Origin: Scenedesmus sp. PABB004
Taxonomy: Eukaryota
NCBI GenBank assembly: GCA_014905635.1
Contig: JABVCE010000027.1
Location: forward strand, 62,001-126,000
Direction: 5' to 3'
DNA length: 64,000 nt
Shown: in pieces, positions 29,601-41,600 of the stretch
Layout of the letters: each line of letters starts with the position of its first letter
How positions within the stretch are numbered: position 1 is the stretch's first letter
The notes under the pieces: model-generated
Databases searched by the model: none
Seen by the model: the letters and a program-made list of their open reading frames with translations, nothing else
Told to the model about the DNA's origin: nothing
Program-made: the position numbers and the translations under genes

Positions 29601-32600
29601 CGCAGCCCGAGCCCCTCGCCGAGCCCGGCGCCGCTCAACCCTTACAACGTTGAGAGCCCGAGCCCGTCGCCGAGCCCGTCGCCCGAGCCGAGCCCGAGGT
29701 GAGAGCTTGCTGCGCGCTGGTTGGGGGCGCAGCAGCGCGCGGCTGGCCGCCGCCGCCGCGAGGGAGGGCCACGCGTGCCGCCGGTTGCGTTCCCTCGGCC
29801 GGGCTCACCGTGTCGGCCCGCGCTGCACCGCCGCAGCCCGAGCCCCTCGCCGAGCCCGGCGCCGCTCAACCCTTACAACGTTGAGAGCCCGAGCCCGTCG
29901 CCGAGCCCGTCGCCCGAGCCGAGCCCGAGGTGAGAGCTTGCTGCGCGCTGGTTGGGGGCGCAGCAGCGCGCGGCTGGCCGCCGCCGCCGCGAGGGAGGGC
30001 CACGCGTGCCGCCGGTTGCGTTCCCTCGGCCGGGCTCACCGTGTCGGCCCGCGCTGCACCGCCGCAGCCCGAGCCCCTCGCCGAGCCCGGCGCCGCTCAA
30101 CCCTTACAACGTTGAGAGCCCGAGCCCGTCGCCGAGCCCGTCGCCCGAGCCGAGCCCGAGGTGAGAGCTTGCTGCGCGCTGGTTGGGGGCGCAGCAGCGC
30201 GCGGCTGGCCGCCGCCGCCGCGAGGGAGGGCCACGCGTGCCGCCGGTTGCGTTCCCTCGGCCGGGCTCACCGTGTCGGCCCGCGCTGCACCGCCGCAGCC
30301 CGAGCCCCTCGCCGAGCCCGGCGCCGCTCAACCCTTACAACGTTGAGAGCCCGAGCCCGTCGCCGAGCCCGTCGCCCGAGCCGAGCCCGAGGTGAGAGCT
30401 TGCTGCGCGCTGGTTGGGGGCGCAGCAGCGCGCGGCTGGCCGCCGCCGCCGCGAGGGAGGGCCACGCGTGCCGCCGGTTGCGTTCCCTCGGCCGGGCTCA
30501 CCGTGTCGGCCCGCGCTGCACCGCCGCAGCCCGAGCCCCTCGCCGAGCCCGGCGCCGCTCAACCCTTACAACGTTGAGAGCCCGAGCCCGTCGCCGAGCC
30601 CGTCGCCCGAGCCGAGCCCGAGGTGAGAGCTTGCTGCGCGCTGGTTGGGGGCGCAGCAGCGCGCGGCTGGCCGCCGCCGCCGCGAGGGAGGGCCACGCGT
30701 GCCGCCGGTTGCGTTCCCTCGGCCGGGCTCACCGTGTCGGCCCGCGCTGCACCGCCGCAGCCCGAGCCCCTCGCCGAGCCCGGCGCCGCTCAACCCTTAC
30801 AACGTTGAGAGCCCGAGCCCGTCGCCGAGCCCGTCGCCCGAGCCGAGCCCGAGGTGAGAGCTTGCTGCGCGCTGGTTGGGGGCGCAGCAGCGCGCGGCTG
30901 GCCGCCGCCGCCGCGAGGGAGGGCCACGCGTGCCGCCGGTTGCGTTCCCTCGGCCGGGCTCACCGTGTCGGCCCGCGCTGCACCGCCGCAGCCCGAGCCC
31001 CTCGCCGAGCCCGGCGCCGCTCAACCCTTACAACGTTGAGAGCCCGAGCCCGTCGCCGAGCCCGTCGCCCGAGCCGAGCCCGAGGTGAGAGCTTGCTGCG
31101 CGCTGGTTGGGGGCGCAGCAGCGCGCGGCTGGCCGCCGCCGCCGCGAGGGAGGGCCACGCGTGCCGCCGGTTGCGTTCCCTCGGCCGGGCTCACCGTGTC
31201 GGCCCGCGCTGCACCGCCGCAGCCCGAGCCCCTCGCCGAGCCCGGCGCCGCTCAACCCTTACAACGTTGAGAGCCCGAGCCCGTCGCCGAGCCCGTCGCC
31301 CGAGCCGAGCCCGAGGTGAGAGCTTGCTGCGCGCTGGTTGGGGGCGCAGCAGCGCGCGGCTGGCCGCCGCCGCCGCGAGGGAGGGCCACGCGTGCCGCCG
31401 GTTGCGTTCCCTCGGCCGGGCTCACCGTGTCGGCCCGCGCTGCACCGCCGCAGCCCGAGCCCCTCGCCGAGCCCGGCGCCGCTCAACCCTTACAACGTTG
31501 AGAGCCCGAGCCCGTCGCCGAGCCCGTCGCCCGAGCCGAGCCCGAGGTGAGAGCTTGCTGCGCGCTGGTTGGGGGCGCAGCAGCGCGCGGCTGGCCGCCG
31601 CCGCCGCGAGGGAGGGCCACGCGTGCCGCCGGTTGCGTTCCCTCGGCCGGGCTCACCGTGTCGGCCCGCGCTGCACCGCCGCAGCCCGAGCCCCTCGCCG
31701 AGCCCGGCGCCGCTCAACCCTTACAACGTTGAGAGCCCGAGCCCGTCGCCGAGCCCGTCGCCCGAGCCGAGCCCGAGGTGAGAGCTTGCTGCGCGCTGGT
31801 TGGGGGCGCAGCAGCGCGCGGCTGGCCGCCGCCGCCGCGAGGGAGGGCCACGCGTGCCGCCGGTTGCGTTCCCTCGGCCGGGCTCACCGTGTCGGCCCGC
31901 GCTGCACCGCCGCAGCCCGAGCCCCTCGCCGAGCCCGGCGCCGCTCAACCCTTACAACGTTGAGAGCCCGAGCCCGTCGCCGAGCCCGTCGCCCGAGCCG
32001 AGCCCGAGGTGAGAGCTTGCTGCGCGCTGGTTGGGGGCGCAGCAGCGCGCGGCTGGCCGCCGCCGCCGCGAGGGAGGGCCACGCGTGCCGCCGGTTGCGT
32101 TCCCTCGGCCGGGCTCACCGTGTCGGCCCGCGCTGCACCGCCGCAGCCCGAGCCCCTCGCCGAGCCCGGCGCCGCTCAACCCTTACAACGTTGAGAGCCC
32201 GAGCCCGTCGCCGAGCCCGTCGCCCGAGCCGAGCCCGAGGTGAGAGCTTGCTGCGCGCTGGTTGGGGGCGCAGCAGCGCGCGGCTGGCCGCCGCCGCCGC
32301 GAGGGAGGGCCACGCGTGCCGCCGGTTGCGTTCCCTCGGCCGGGCTCACCGTGTCGGCCCGCGCTGCACCGCCGCAGCCCGAGCCCCTCGCCGAGCCCGG
32401 CGCCGCTCAACCCTTACAACGTTGAGAGCCCGAGCCCGTCGCCGAGCCCGTCGCCCGAGCCGAGCCCGAGGTGAGAGCTTGCTGCGCGCTGGTTGGGGGC
32501 GCAGCAGCGCGCGGCTGGCCGCCGCCGCCGCGAGGGAGGGCCACGCGTGCCGCCGGTTGCGTTCCCTCGGCCGGGCTCACCGTGTCGGCCCGCGCTGCAC

Positions 32601-35600
32601 CGCCGCAGCCCGAGCCCCTCGCCGAGCCCGGCGCCGCTCAACCCTTACAACGTTGAGAGCCCGAGCCCGTCGCCGAGCCCGTCGCCCGAGCCGAGCCCGA
32701 GGTGAGAGCTTGCTGCGCGCTGGTTGGGGGCGCAGCAGCGCGCGGCTGGCCGCCGCCGCCGCGAGGGAGGGCCACGCGTGCCGCCGGTTGCGTTCCCTCG
32801 GCCGGGCTCACCGTGTCGGCCCGCGCTGCACCGCCGCAGCCCGAGCCCCTCGCCGAGCCCGGCGCCGCTCAACCCTTACAACGTTGAGAGCCCGAGCCCG
32901 TCGCCGAGCCCGTCGCCCGAGCCGAGCCCGAGGTGAGAGCTTGCTGCGCGCTGGTTGGGGGCGCAGCAGCGCGCGGCTGGCCGCCGCCGCCGCGAGGGAG
33001 GGCCACGCGTGCCGCCGGTTGCGTTCCCTCGGCCGGGCTCACCGTGTCGGCCCGCGCTGCACCGCCGCAGCCCGAGCCCCTCGCCGAGCCCGGCGCCGCT
33101 CAACCCTTACAACGTTGAGAGCCCGAGCCCGTCGCCGAGCCCGTCGCCCGAGCCGAGCCCGAGGTGAGAGCTTGCTGCGCGCTGGTTGGGGGCGCAGCAG
33201 CGCGCGGCTGGCCGCCGCCGCCGCGAGGGAGGGCCACGCGTGCCGCCGGTTGCGTTCCCTCGGCCGGGCTCACCGTGTCGGCCCGCGCTGCACCGCCGCA
33301 GCCCGAGCCCCTCGCCGAGCCCGGCGCCGCTCAACCCTTACAACGTTGAGAGCCCGAGCCCGTCGCCGAGCCCGTCGCCCGAGCCGAGCCCGAGGTGAGA
33401 GCTTGCTGCGCGCTGGTTGGGGGCGCAGCAGCGCGCGGCTGGCCGCCGCCGCCGCGAGGGAGGGCCACGCGTGCCGCCGGTTGCGTTCCCTCGGCCGGGC
33501 TCACCGTGTCGGCCCGCGCTGCACCGCCGCAGCCCGAGCCCCTCGCCGAGCCCGGCGCCGCTCAACCCTTACAACGTTGAGAGCCCGAGCCCGTCGCCGA
33601 GCCCGTCGCCCGAGCCGAGCCCGAGGTGAGAGCTTGCTGCGCGCTGGTTGGGGGCGCAGCAGCGCGCGGCTGGCCGCCGCCGCCGCGAGGGAGGGCCACG
33701 CGTGCCGCCGGTTGCGTTCCCTCGGCCGGGCTCACCGTGTCGGCCCGCGCTGCACCGCCGCAGCCCGAGCCCCTCGCCGAGCCCGGCGCCGCTCAACCCT
33801 TACAACGTTGAGAGCCCGAGCCCGTCGCCGAGCCCGTCGCCCGAGCCGAGCCCGAGGTGAGAGCTTGCTGCGCGCTGGTTGGGGGCGCAGCAGCGCGCGG
33901 CTGGCCGCCGCCGCCGCGAGGGAGGGCCACGCGTGCCGCCGGTTGCGTTCCCTCGGCCGGGCTCACCGTGTCGGCCCGCGCTGCACCGCCGCAGCCCGAG
34001 CCCCTCGCCGAGCCCGGCGCCGCTCAACCCTTACAACGTTGAGAGCCCGAGCCCGTCGCCGAGCCCGTCGCCCGAGCCGAGCCCGAGGTGAGAGCTTGCT
34101 GCGCGCTGGTTGGGGGCGCAGCAGCGCGCGGCTGGCCGCCGCCGCCGCGAGGGAGGGCCACGCGTGCCGCCGGTTGCGTTCCCTCGGCCGGGCTCACCGT
34201 GTCGGCCCGCGCTGCACCGCCGCAGCCCGAGCCCCTCGCCGAGCCCGGCGCCGCTCAACCCTTACAACGTTGAGAGCCCGAGCCCGTCGCCGAGCCCGTC
34301 GCCCGAGCCGAGCCCGAGGTGAGAGCTTGCTGCGCGCTGGTTGGGGGCGCAGCAGCGCGCGGCTGGCCGCCGCCGCCGCGAGGGAGGGCCACGCGTGCCG
34401 CCGGTTGCGTTCCCTCGGCCGGGCTCACCGTGTCGGCCCGCGCTGCACCGCCGCAGCCCGAGCCCCTCGCCGAGCCCGGCGCCGCTCAACCCTTACAACG
34501 TTGAGAGCCCGAGCCCGTCGCCGAGCCCGTCGCCCGAGCCGAGCCCGAGGTGAGAGCTTGCTGCGCGCTGGTTGGGGGCGCAGCAGCGCGCGGCTGGCCG
34601 CCGCCGCCGCGAGGGAGGGCCACGCGTGCCGCCGGTTGCGTTCCCTCGGCCGGGCTCACCGTGTCGGCCCGCGCTGCACCGCCGCAGCCCGAGCCCCTCG
34701 CCGAGCCCGGCGCCGCTCAACCCTTACAACGTTGAGAGCCCGAGCCCGTCGCCGAGCCCGTCGCCCGAGCCGAGCCCGAGGTGAGAGCTTGCTGCGCGCT
34801 GGTTGGGGGCGCAGCAGCGCGCGGCTGGCCGCCGCCGCCGCGAGGGAGGGCCACGCGTGCCGCCGGTTGCGTTCCCTCGGCCGGGCTCACCGTGTCGGCC
34901 CGCGCTGCACCGCCGCAGCCCGAGCCCCTCGCCGAGCCCGGCGCCGCTCAACCCTTACAACGTTGAGAGCCCGAGCCCGTCGCCGAGCCCGTCGCCCGAG
35001 CCGAGCCCGAGGTGAGAGCTTGCTGCGCGCTGGTTGGGGGCGCAGCAGCGCGCGGCTGGCCGCCGCCGCCGCGAGGGAGGGCCACGCGTGCCGCCGGTTG
35101 CGTTCCCTCGGCCGGGCTCACCGTGTCGGCCCGCGCTGCACCGCCGCAGCCCGAGCCCCTCGCCGAGCCCGGCGCCGCTCAACCCTTACAACGTTGAGAG
35201 CCCGAGCCCGTCGCCGAGCCCGTCGCCCGAGCCGAGCCCGAGGTGAGAGCTTGCTGCGCGCTGGTTGGGGGCGCAGCAGCGCGCGGCTGGCCGCCGCCGC
35301 CGCGAGGGAGGGCCACGCGTGCCGCCGGTTGCGTTCCCTCGGCCGGGCTCACCGTGTCGGCCCGCGCTGCACCGCCGCAGCCCGAGCCCCTCGCCGAGCC
35401 CGGCGCCGCTCAACCCTTACAACGTTGAGAGCCCGAGCCCGTCGCCGAGCCCGTCGCCCGAGCCGAGCCCGAGGTGAGAGCTTGCTGCGCGCTGGTTGGG
35501 GGCGCAGCAGCGCGCGGCTGGCCGCCGCCGCCGCGAGGGAGGGCCACGCGTGCCGCCGGTTGCGTTCCCTCGGCCGGGCTCACCGTGTCGGCCCGCGCTG

Positions 35601-38600
35601 CACCGCCGCAGCCCGAGCCCCTCGCCGAGCCCGGCGCCGCTCAACCCTTACAACGTTGAGAGCCCGAGCCCGTCGCCGAGCCCGTCGCCCGAGCCGAGCC
35701 CGAGGTGAGAGCTTGCTGCGCGCTGGTTGGGGGCGCAGCAGCGCGCGGCTGGCCGCCGCCGCCGCGAGGGAGGGCCACGCGTGCCGCCGGTTGCGTTCCC
35801 TCGGCCGGGCTCACCGTGTCGGCCCGCGCTGCACCGCCGCAGCCCGAGCCCCTCGCCGAGCCCGGCGCCGCTCAACCCTTACAACGTTGAGAGCCCGAGC
35901 CCGTCGCCGAGCCCGTCGCCCGAGCCGAGCCCGAGGTGAGAGCTTGCTGCGCGCTGGTTGGGGGCGCAGCAGCGCGCGGCTGGCCGCCGCCGCCGCGAGG
36001 GAGGGCCACGCGTGCCGCCGGTTGCGTTCCCTCGGCCGGGCTCACCGTGTCGGCCCGCGCTGCACCGCCGCAGCCCGAGCCCCTCGCCGAGCCCGGCGCC
36101 GCTCAACCCTTACAACGTTGAGAGCCCGAGCCCGTCGCCGAGCCCGTCGCCCGAGCCGAGCCCGAGGTGAGAGCTTGCTGCGCGCTGGTTGGGGGCGCAG
36201 CAGCGCGCGGCTGGCCGCCGCCGCCGCGAGGGAGGGCCACGCGTGCCGCCGGTTGCGTTCCCTCGGCCGGGCTCACCGTGTCGGCCCGCGCTGCACCGCC
36301 GCAGCCCGAGCCCCTCGCCGAGCCCGGCGCCGCTCAACCCTTACAACGTTGAGAGCCCGAGCCCGTCGCCGAGCCCGTCGCCCGAGCCGAGCCCGAGGTG
36401 AGAGCTTGCTGCGCGCTGGTTGGGGGCGCAGCAGCGCGCGGCTGGCCGCCGCCGCCGCGAGGGAGGGCCACGCGTGCCGCCGGTTGCGTTCCCTCGGCCG
36501 GGCTCACCGTGTCGGCCCGCGCTGCACCGCCGCAGCCCGAGCCCCTCGCCGAGCCCGGCGCCGCTCAACCCTTACAACGTTGAGAGCCCGAGCCCGTCGC
36601 CGAGCCCGTCGCCCGAGCCGAGCCCGAGGTGAGAGCTTGCTGCGCGCTGGTTGGGGGCGCAGCAGCGCGCGGCTGGCCGCCGCCGCCGCGAGGGAGGGCC
36701 ACGCGTGCCGCCGGTTGCGTTCCCTCGGCCGGGCTCACCGTGTCGGCCCGCGCTGCACCGCCGCAGCCCGAGCCCCTCGCCGAGCCCGGCGCCGCTCAAC
36801 CCTTACAACGTTGAGAGCCCGAGCCCGTCGCCGAGCCCGTCGCCCGAGCCGAGCCCGAGGTGAGAGCTTGCTGCGCGCTGGTTGGGGGCGCAGCAGCGCG
36901 CGGCTGGCCGCCGCCGCCGCGAGGGAGGGCCACGCGTGCCGCCGGTTGCGTTCCCTCGGCCGGGCTCACCGTGTCGGCCCGCGCTGCACCGCCGCAGCCC
37001 GAGCCCCTCGCCGAGCCCGGCGCCGCTCAACCCTTACAACGTTGAGAGCCCGAGCCCGTCGCCGAGCCCGTCGCCCGAGCCGAGCCCGAGGTGAGAGCTT
37101 GCTGCGCGCTGGTTGGGGGCGCAGCAGCGCGCGGCTGGCCGCCGCCGCCGCGAGGGAGGGCCACGCGTGCCGCCGGTTGCGTTCCCTCGGCCGGGCTCAC
37201 CGTGTCGGCCCGCGCTGCACCGCCGCAGCCCGAGCCCCTCGCCGAGCCCGGCGCCGCTCAACCCTTACAACGTTGAGAGCCCGAGCCCGTCGCCGAGCCC
37301 GTCGCCCGAGCCGAGCCCGAGGTGAGAGCTTGCTGCGCGCTGGTTGGGGGCGCAGCAGCGCGCGGCTGGCCGCCGCCGCCGCGAGGGAGGGCCACGCGTG
37401 CCGCCGGTTGCGTTCCCTCGGCCGGGCTCACCGTGTCGGCCCGCGCTGCACCGCCGCAGCCCGAGCCCCTCGCCGAGCCCGGCGCCGCTCAACCCTTACA
37501 ACGTTGAGAGCCCGAGCCCGTCGCCGAGCCCGTCGCCCGAGCCGAGCCCGAGGTGAGAGCTTGCTGCGCGCTGGTTGGGGGCGCAGCAGCGCGCGGCTGG
37601 CCGCCGCCGCCGCGAGGGAGGGCCACGCGTGCCGCCGGTTGCGTTCCCTCGGCCGGGCTCACCGTGTCGGCCCGCGCTGCACCGCCGCAGCCCGAGCCCC
37701 TCGCCGAGCCCGGCGCCGCTCAACCCTTACAACGTTGAGAGCCCGAGCCCGTCGCCGAGCCCGTCGCCCGAGCCGAGCCCGAGGTGAGAGCTTGCTGCGC
37801 GCTGGTTGGGGGCGCAGCAGCGCGCGGCTGGCCGCCGCCGCCGCGAGGGAGGGCCACGCGTGCCGCCGGTTGCGTTCCCTCGGCCGGGCTCACCGTGTCG
37901 GCCCGCGCTGCACCGCCGCAGCCCGAGCCCCTCGCCGAGCCCGGCGCCGCTCAACCCTTACAACGTTGAGAGCCCGAGCCCGTCGCCGAGCCCGTCGCCC
38001 GAGCCGAGCCCGAGGTGAGAGCTTGCTGCGCGCTGGTTGGGGGCGCAGCAGCGCGCGGCTGGCCGCCGCCGCCGCGAGGGAGGGCCACGCGTGCCGCCGG
38101 TTGCGTTCCCTCGGCCGGGCTCACCGTGTCGGCCCGCGCTGCACCGCCGCAGCCCGAGCCCCTCGCCGAGCCCGGCGCCGCTCAACCCTTACAACGTTGA
38201 GAGCCCGAGCCCGTCGCCGAGCCCGTCGCCCGAGCCGAGCCCGAGGTGAGAGCTTGCTGCGCGCTGGTTGGGGGCGCAGCAGCGCGCGGCTGGCCGCCGC
38301 CGCCGCGAGGGAGGGCCACGCGTGCCGCCGGTTGCGTTCCCTCGGCCGGGCTCACCGTGTCGGCCCGCGCTGCACCGCCGCAGCCCGAGCCCCTCGCCGA
38401 GCCCGGCGCCGCTCAACCCTTACAACGTTGAGAGCCCGAGCCCGTCGCCGAGCCCGTCGCCCGAGCCGAGCCCGAGGTGAGAGCTTGCTGCGCGCTGGTT
38501 GGGGGCGCAGCAGCGCGCGGCTGGCCGCCGCCGCCGCGAGGGAGGGCCACGCGTGCCGCCGGTTGCGTTCCCTCGGCCGGGCTCACCGTGTCGGCCCGCG

Positions 38601-41600
38601 CTGCACCGCCGCAGCCCGAGCCCCTCGCCGAGCCCGGCGCCGCTCAACCCTTACAACGTTGAGAGCCCGAGCCCGTCGCCGAGCCCGTCGCCCGAGCCGA
38701 GCCCGAGGTGAGAGCTTGCTGCGCGCTGGTTGGGGGCGCAGCAGCGCGCGGCTGGCCGCCGCCGCCGCGAGGGAGGGCCACGCGTGCCGCCGGTTGCGTT
38801 CCCTCGGCCGGGCTCACCGTGTCGGCCCGCGCTGCACCGCCGCAGCCCGAGCCCCTCGCCGAGCCCGGCGCCGCTCAACCCTTACAACGTTGAGAGCCCG
38901 AGCCCGTCGCCGAGCCCGTCGCCCGAGCCGAGCCCGAGGTGAGAGCTTGCTGCGCGCTGGTTGGGGGCGCAGCAGCGCGCGGCTGGCCGCCGCCGCCGCG
39001 AGGGAGGGCCACGCGTGCCGCCGGTTGCGTTCCCTCGGCCGGGCTCACCGTGTCGGCCCGCGCTGCACCGCCGCAGCCCGAGCCCCTCGCCGAGCCCGGC
39101 GCCGCTCAACCCTTACAACGTTGAGAGCCCGAGCCCGTCGCCGAGCCCGTCGCCCGAGCCGAGCCCGAGGTGAGAGCTTGCTGCGCGCTGGTTGGGGGCG
39201 CAGCAGCGCGCGGCTGGCCGCCGCCGCCGCGAGGGAGGGCCACGCGTGCCGCCGGTTGCGTTCCCTCGGCCGGGCTCACCGTGTCGGCCCGCGCTGCACC
39301 GCCGCAGCCCGAGCCCCTCGCCGAGCCCGGCGCCGCTCAACCCTTACAACGTTGAGAGCCCGAGCCCGTCGCCGAGCCCGTCGCCCGAGCCGAGCCCGAG
39401 GTGAGAGCTTGCTGCGCGCTGGTTGGGGGCGCAGCAGCGCGCGGCTGGCCGCCGCCGCCGCGAGGGAGGGCCACGCGTGCCGCCGGTTGCGTTCCCTCGG
39501 CCGGGCTCACCGTGTCGGCCCGCGCTGCACCGCCGCAGCCCGAGCCCCTCGCCGAGCCCGGCGCCGCTCAACCCTTACAACGTTGAGAGCCCGAGCCCGT
39601 CGCCGAGCCCGTCGCCCGAGCCGAGCCCGAGGTGAGAGCTTGCTGCGCGCTGGTTGGGGGCGCAGCAGCGCGCGGCTGGCCGCCGCCGCCGCGAGGGAGG
39701 GCCACGCGTGCCGCCGGTTGCGTTCCCTCGGCCGGGCTCACCGTGTCGGCCCGCGCTGCACCGCCGCAGCCCGAGCCCCTCGCCGAGCCCGGCGCCGCTC
39801 AACCCTTACAACGTTGAGAGCCCGAGCCCGTCGCCGAGCCCGTCGCCCGAGCCGAGCCCGAGGTGAGAGCTTGCTGCGCGCTGGTTGGGGGCGCAGCAGC
39901 GCGCGGCTGGCCGCCGCCGCCGCGAGGGAGGGCCACGCGTGCCGCCGGTTGCGTTCCCTCGGCCGGGCTCACCGTGTCGGCCCGCGCTGCACCGCCGCAG
40001 CCCGAGCCCCTCGCCGAGCCCGGCGCCGCTCAACCCTTACAACGTTGAGAGCCCGAGCCCGTCGCCGAGCCCGTCGCCCGAGCCGAGCCCGAGGTGAGAG
40101 CTTGCTGCGCGCTGGTTGGGGGCGCAGCAGCGCGCGGCTGGCCGCCGCCGCCGCGAGGGAGGGCCACGCGTGCCGCCGGTTGCGTTCCCTCGGCCGGGCT
40201 CACCGTGTCGGCCCGCGCTGCACCGCCGCAGCCCGAGCCCCTCGCCGAGCCCGGCGCCGCTCAACCCTTACAACGTTGAGAGCCCGAGCCCGTCGCCGAG
40301 CCCGTCGCCCGAGCCGAGCCCGAGGTGAGAGCTTGCTGCGCGCTGGTTGGGGGCGCAGCAGCGCGCGGCTGGCCGCCGCCGCCGCGAGGGAGGGCCACGC
40401 GTGCCGCCGGTTGCGTTCCCTCGGCCGGGCTCACCGTGTCGGCCCGCGCTGCACCGCCGCAGCCCGAGCCCCTCGCCGAGCCCGGCGCCGCTCAACCCTT
40501 ACAACGTTGAGAGCCCGAGCCCGTCGCCGAGCCCGTCGCCCGAGCCGAGCCCGAGGTGAGAGCTTGCTGCGCGCTGGTTGGGGGCGCAGCAGCGCGCGGC
40601 TGGCCGCCGCCGCCGCGAGGGAGGGCCACGCGTGCCGCCGGTTGCGTTCCCTCGGCCGGGCTCACCGTGTCGGCCCGCGCTGCACCGCCGCAGCCCGAGC
40701 CCCTCGCCGAGCCCGGCGCCGCTCAACCCTTACAACGTTGAGAGCCCGAGCCCGTCGCCGAGCCCGTCGCCCGAGCCGAGCCCGAGGTGAGAGCTTGCTG
40801 CGCGCTGGTTGGGGGCGCAGCAGCGCGCGGCTGGCCGCCGCCGCCGCGAGGGAGGGCCACGCGTGCCGCCGGTTGCGTTCCCTCGGCCGGGCTCACCGTG
40901 TCGGCCCGCGCTGCACCGCCGCAGCCCGAGCCCCTCGCCGAGCCCGGCGCCGCTCAACCCTTACAACGTTGAGAGCCCGAGCCCGTCGCCGAGCCCGTCG
41001 CCCGAGCCGAGCCCGAGGTGAGAGCTTGCTGCGCGCTGGTTGGGGGCGCAGCAGCGCGCGGCTGGCCGCCGCCGCCGCGAGGGAGGGCCACGCGTGCCGC
41101 CGGTTGCGTTCCCTCGGCCGGGCTCACCGTGTCGGCCCGCGCTGCACCGCCGCAGCCCGAGCCCCTCGCCGAGCCCGGCGCCGCTCAACCCTTACAACGT
41201 TGAGAGCCCGAGCCCGTCGCCGAGCCCGTCGCCCGAGCCGAGCCCGAGGTGAGAGCTTGCTGCGCGCTGGTTGGGGGCGCAGCAGCGCGCGGCTGGCCGC
41301 CGCCGCCGCGAGGGAGGGCCACGCGTGCCGCCGGTTGCGTTCCCTCGGCCGGGCTCACCGTGTCGGCCCGCGCTGCACCGCCGCAGCCCGAGCCCCTCGC
41401 CGAGCCCGGCGCCGCTCAACCCTTACAACGTTGAGAGCCCGAGCCCGTCGCCGAGCCCGTCGCCCGAGCCGAGCCCGAGGTGAGAGCTTGCTGCGCGCTG
41501 GTTGGGGGCGCAGCAGCGCGCGGCTGGCCGCCGCCGCCGCGAGGGAGGGCCACGCGTGCCGCCGGTTGCGTTCCCTCGGCCGGGCTCACCGTGTCGGCCC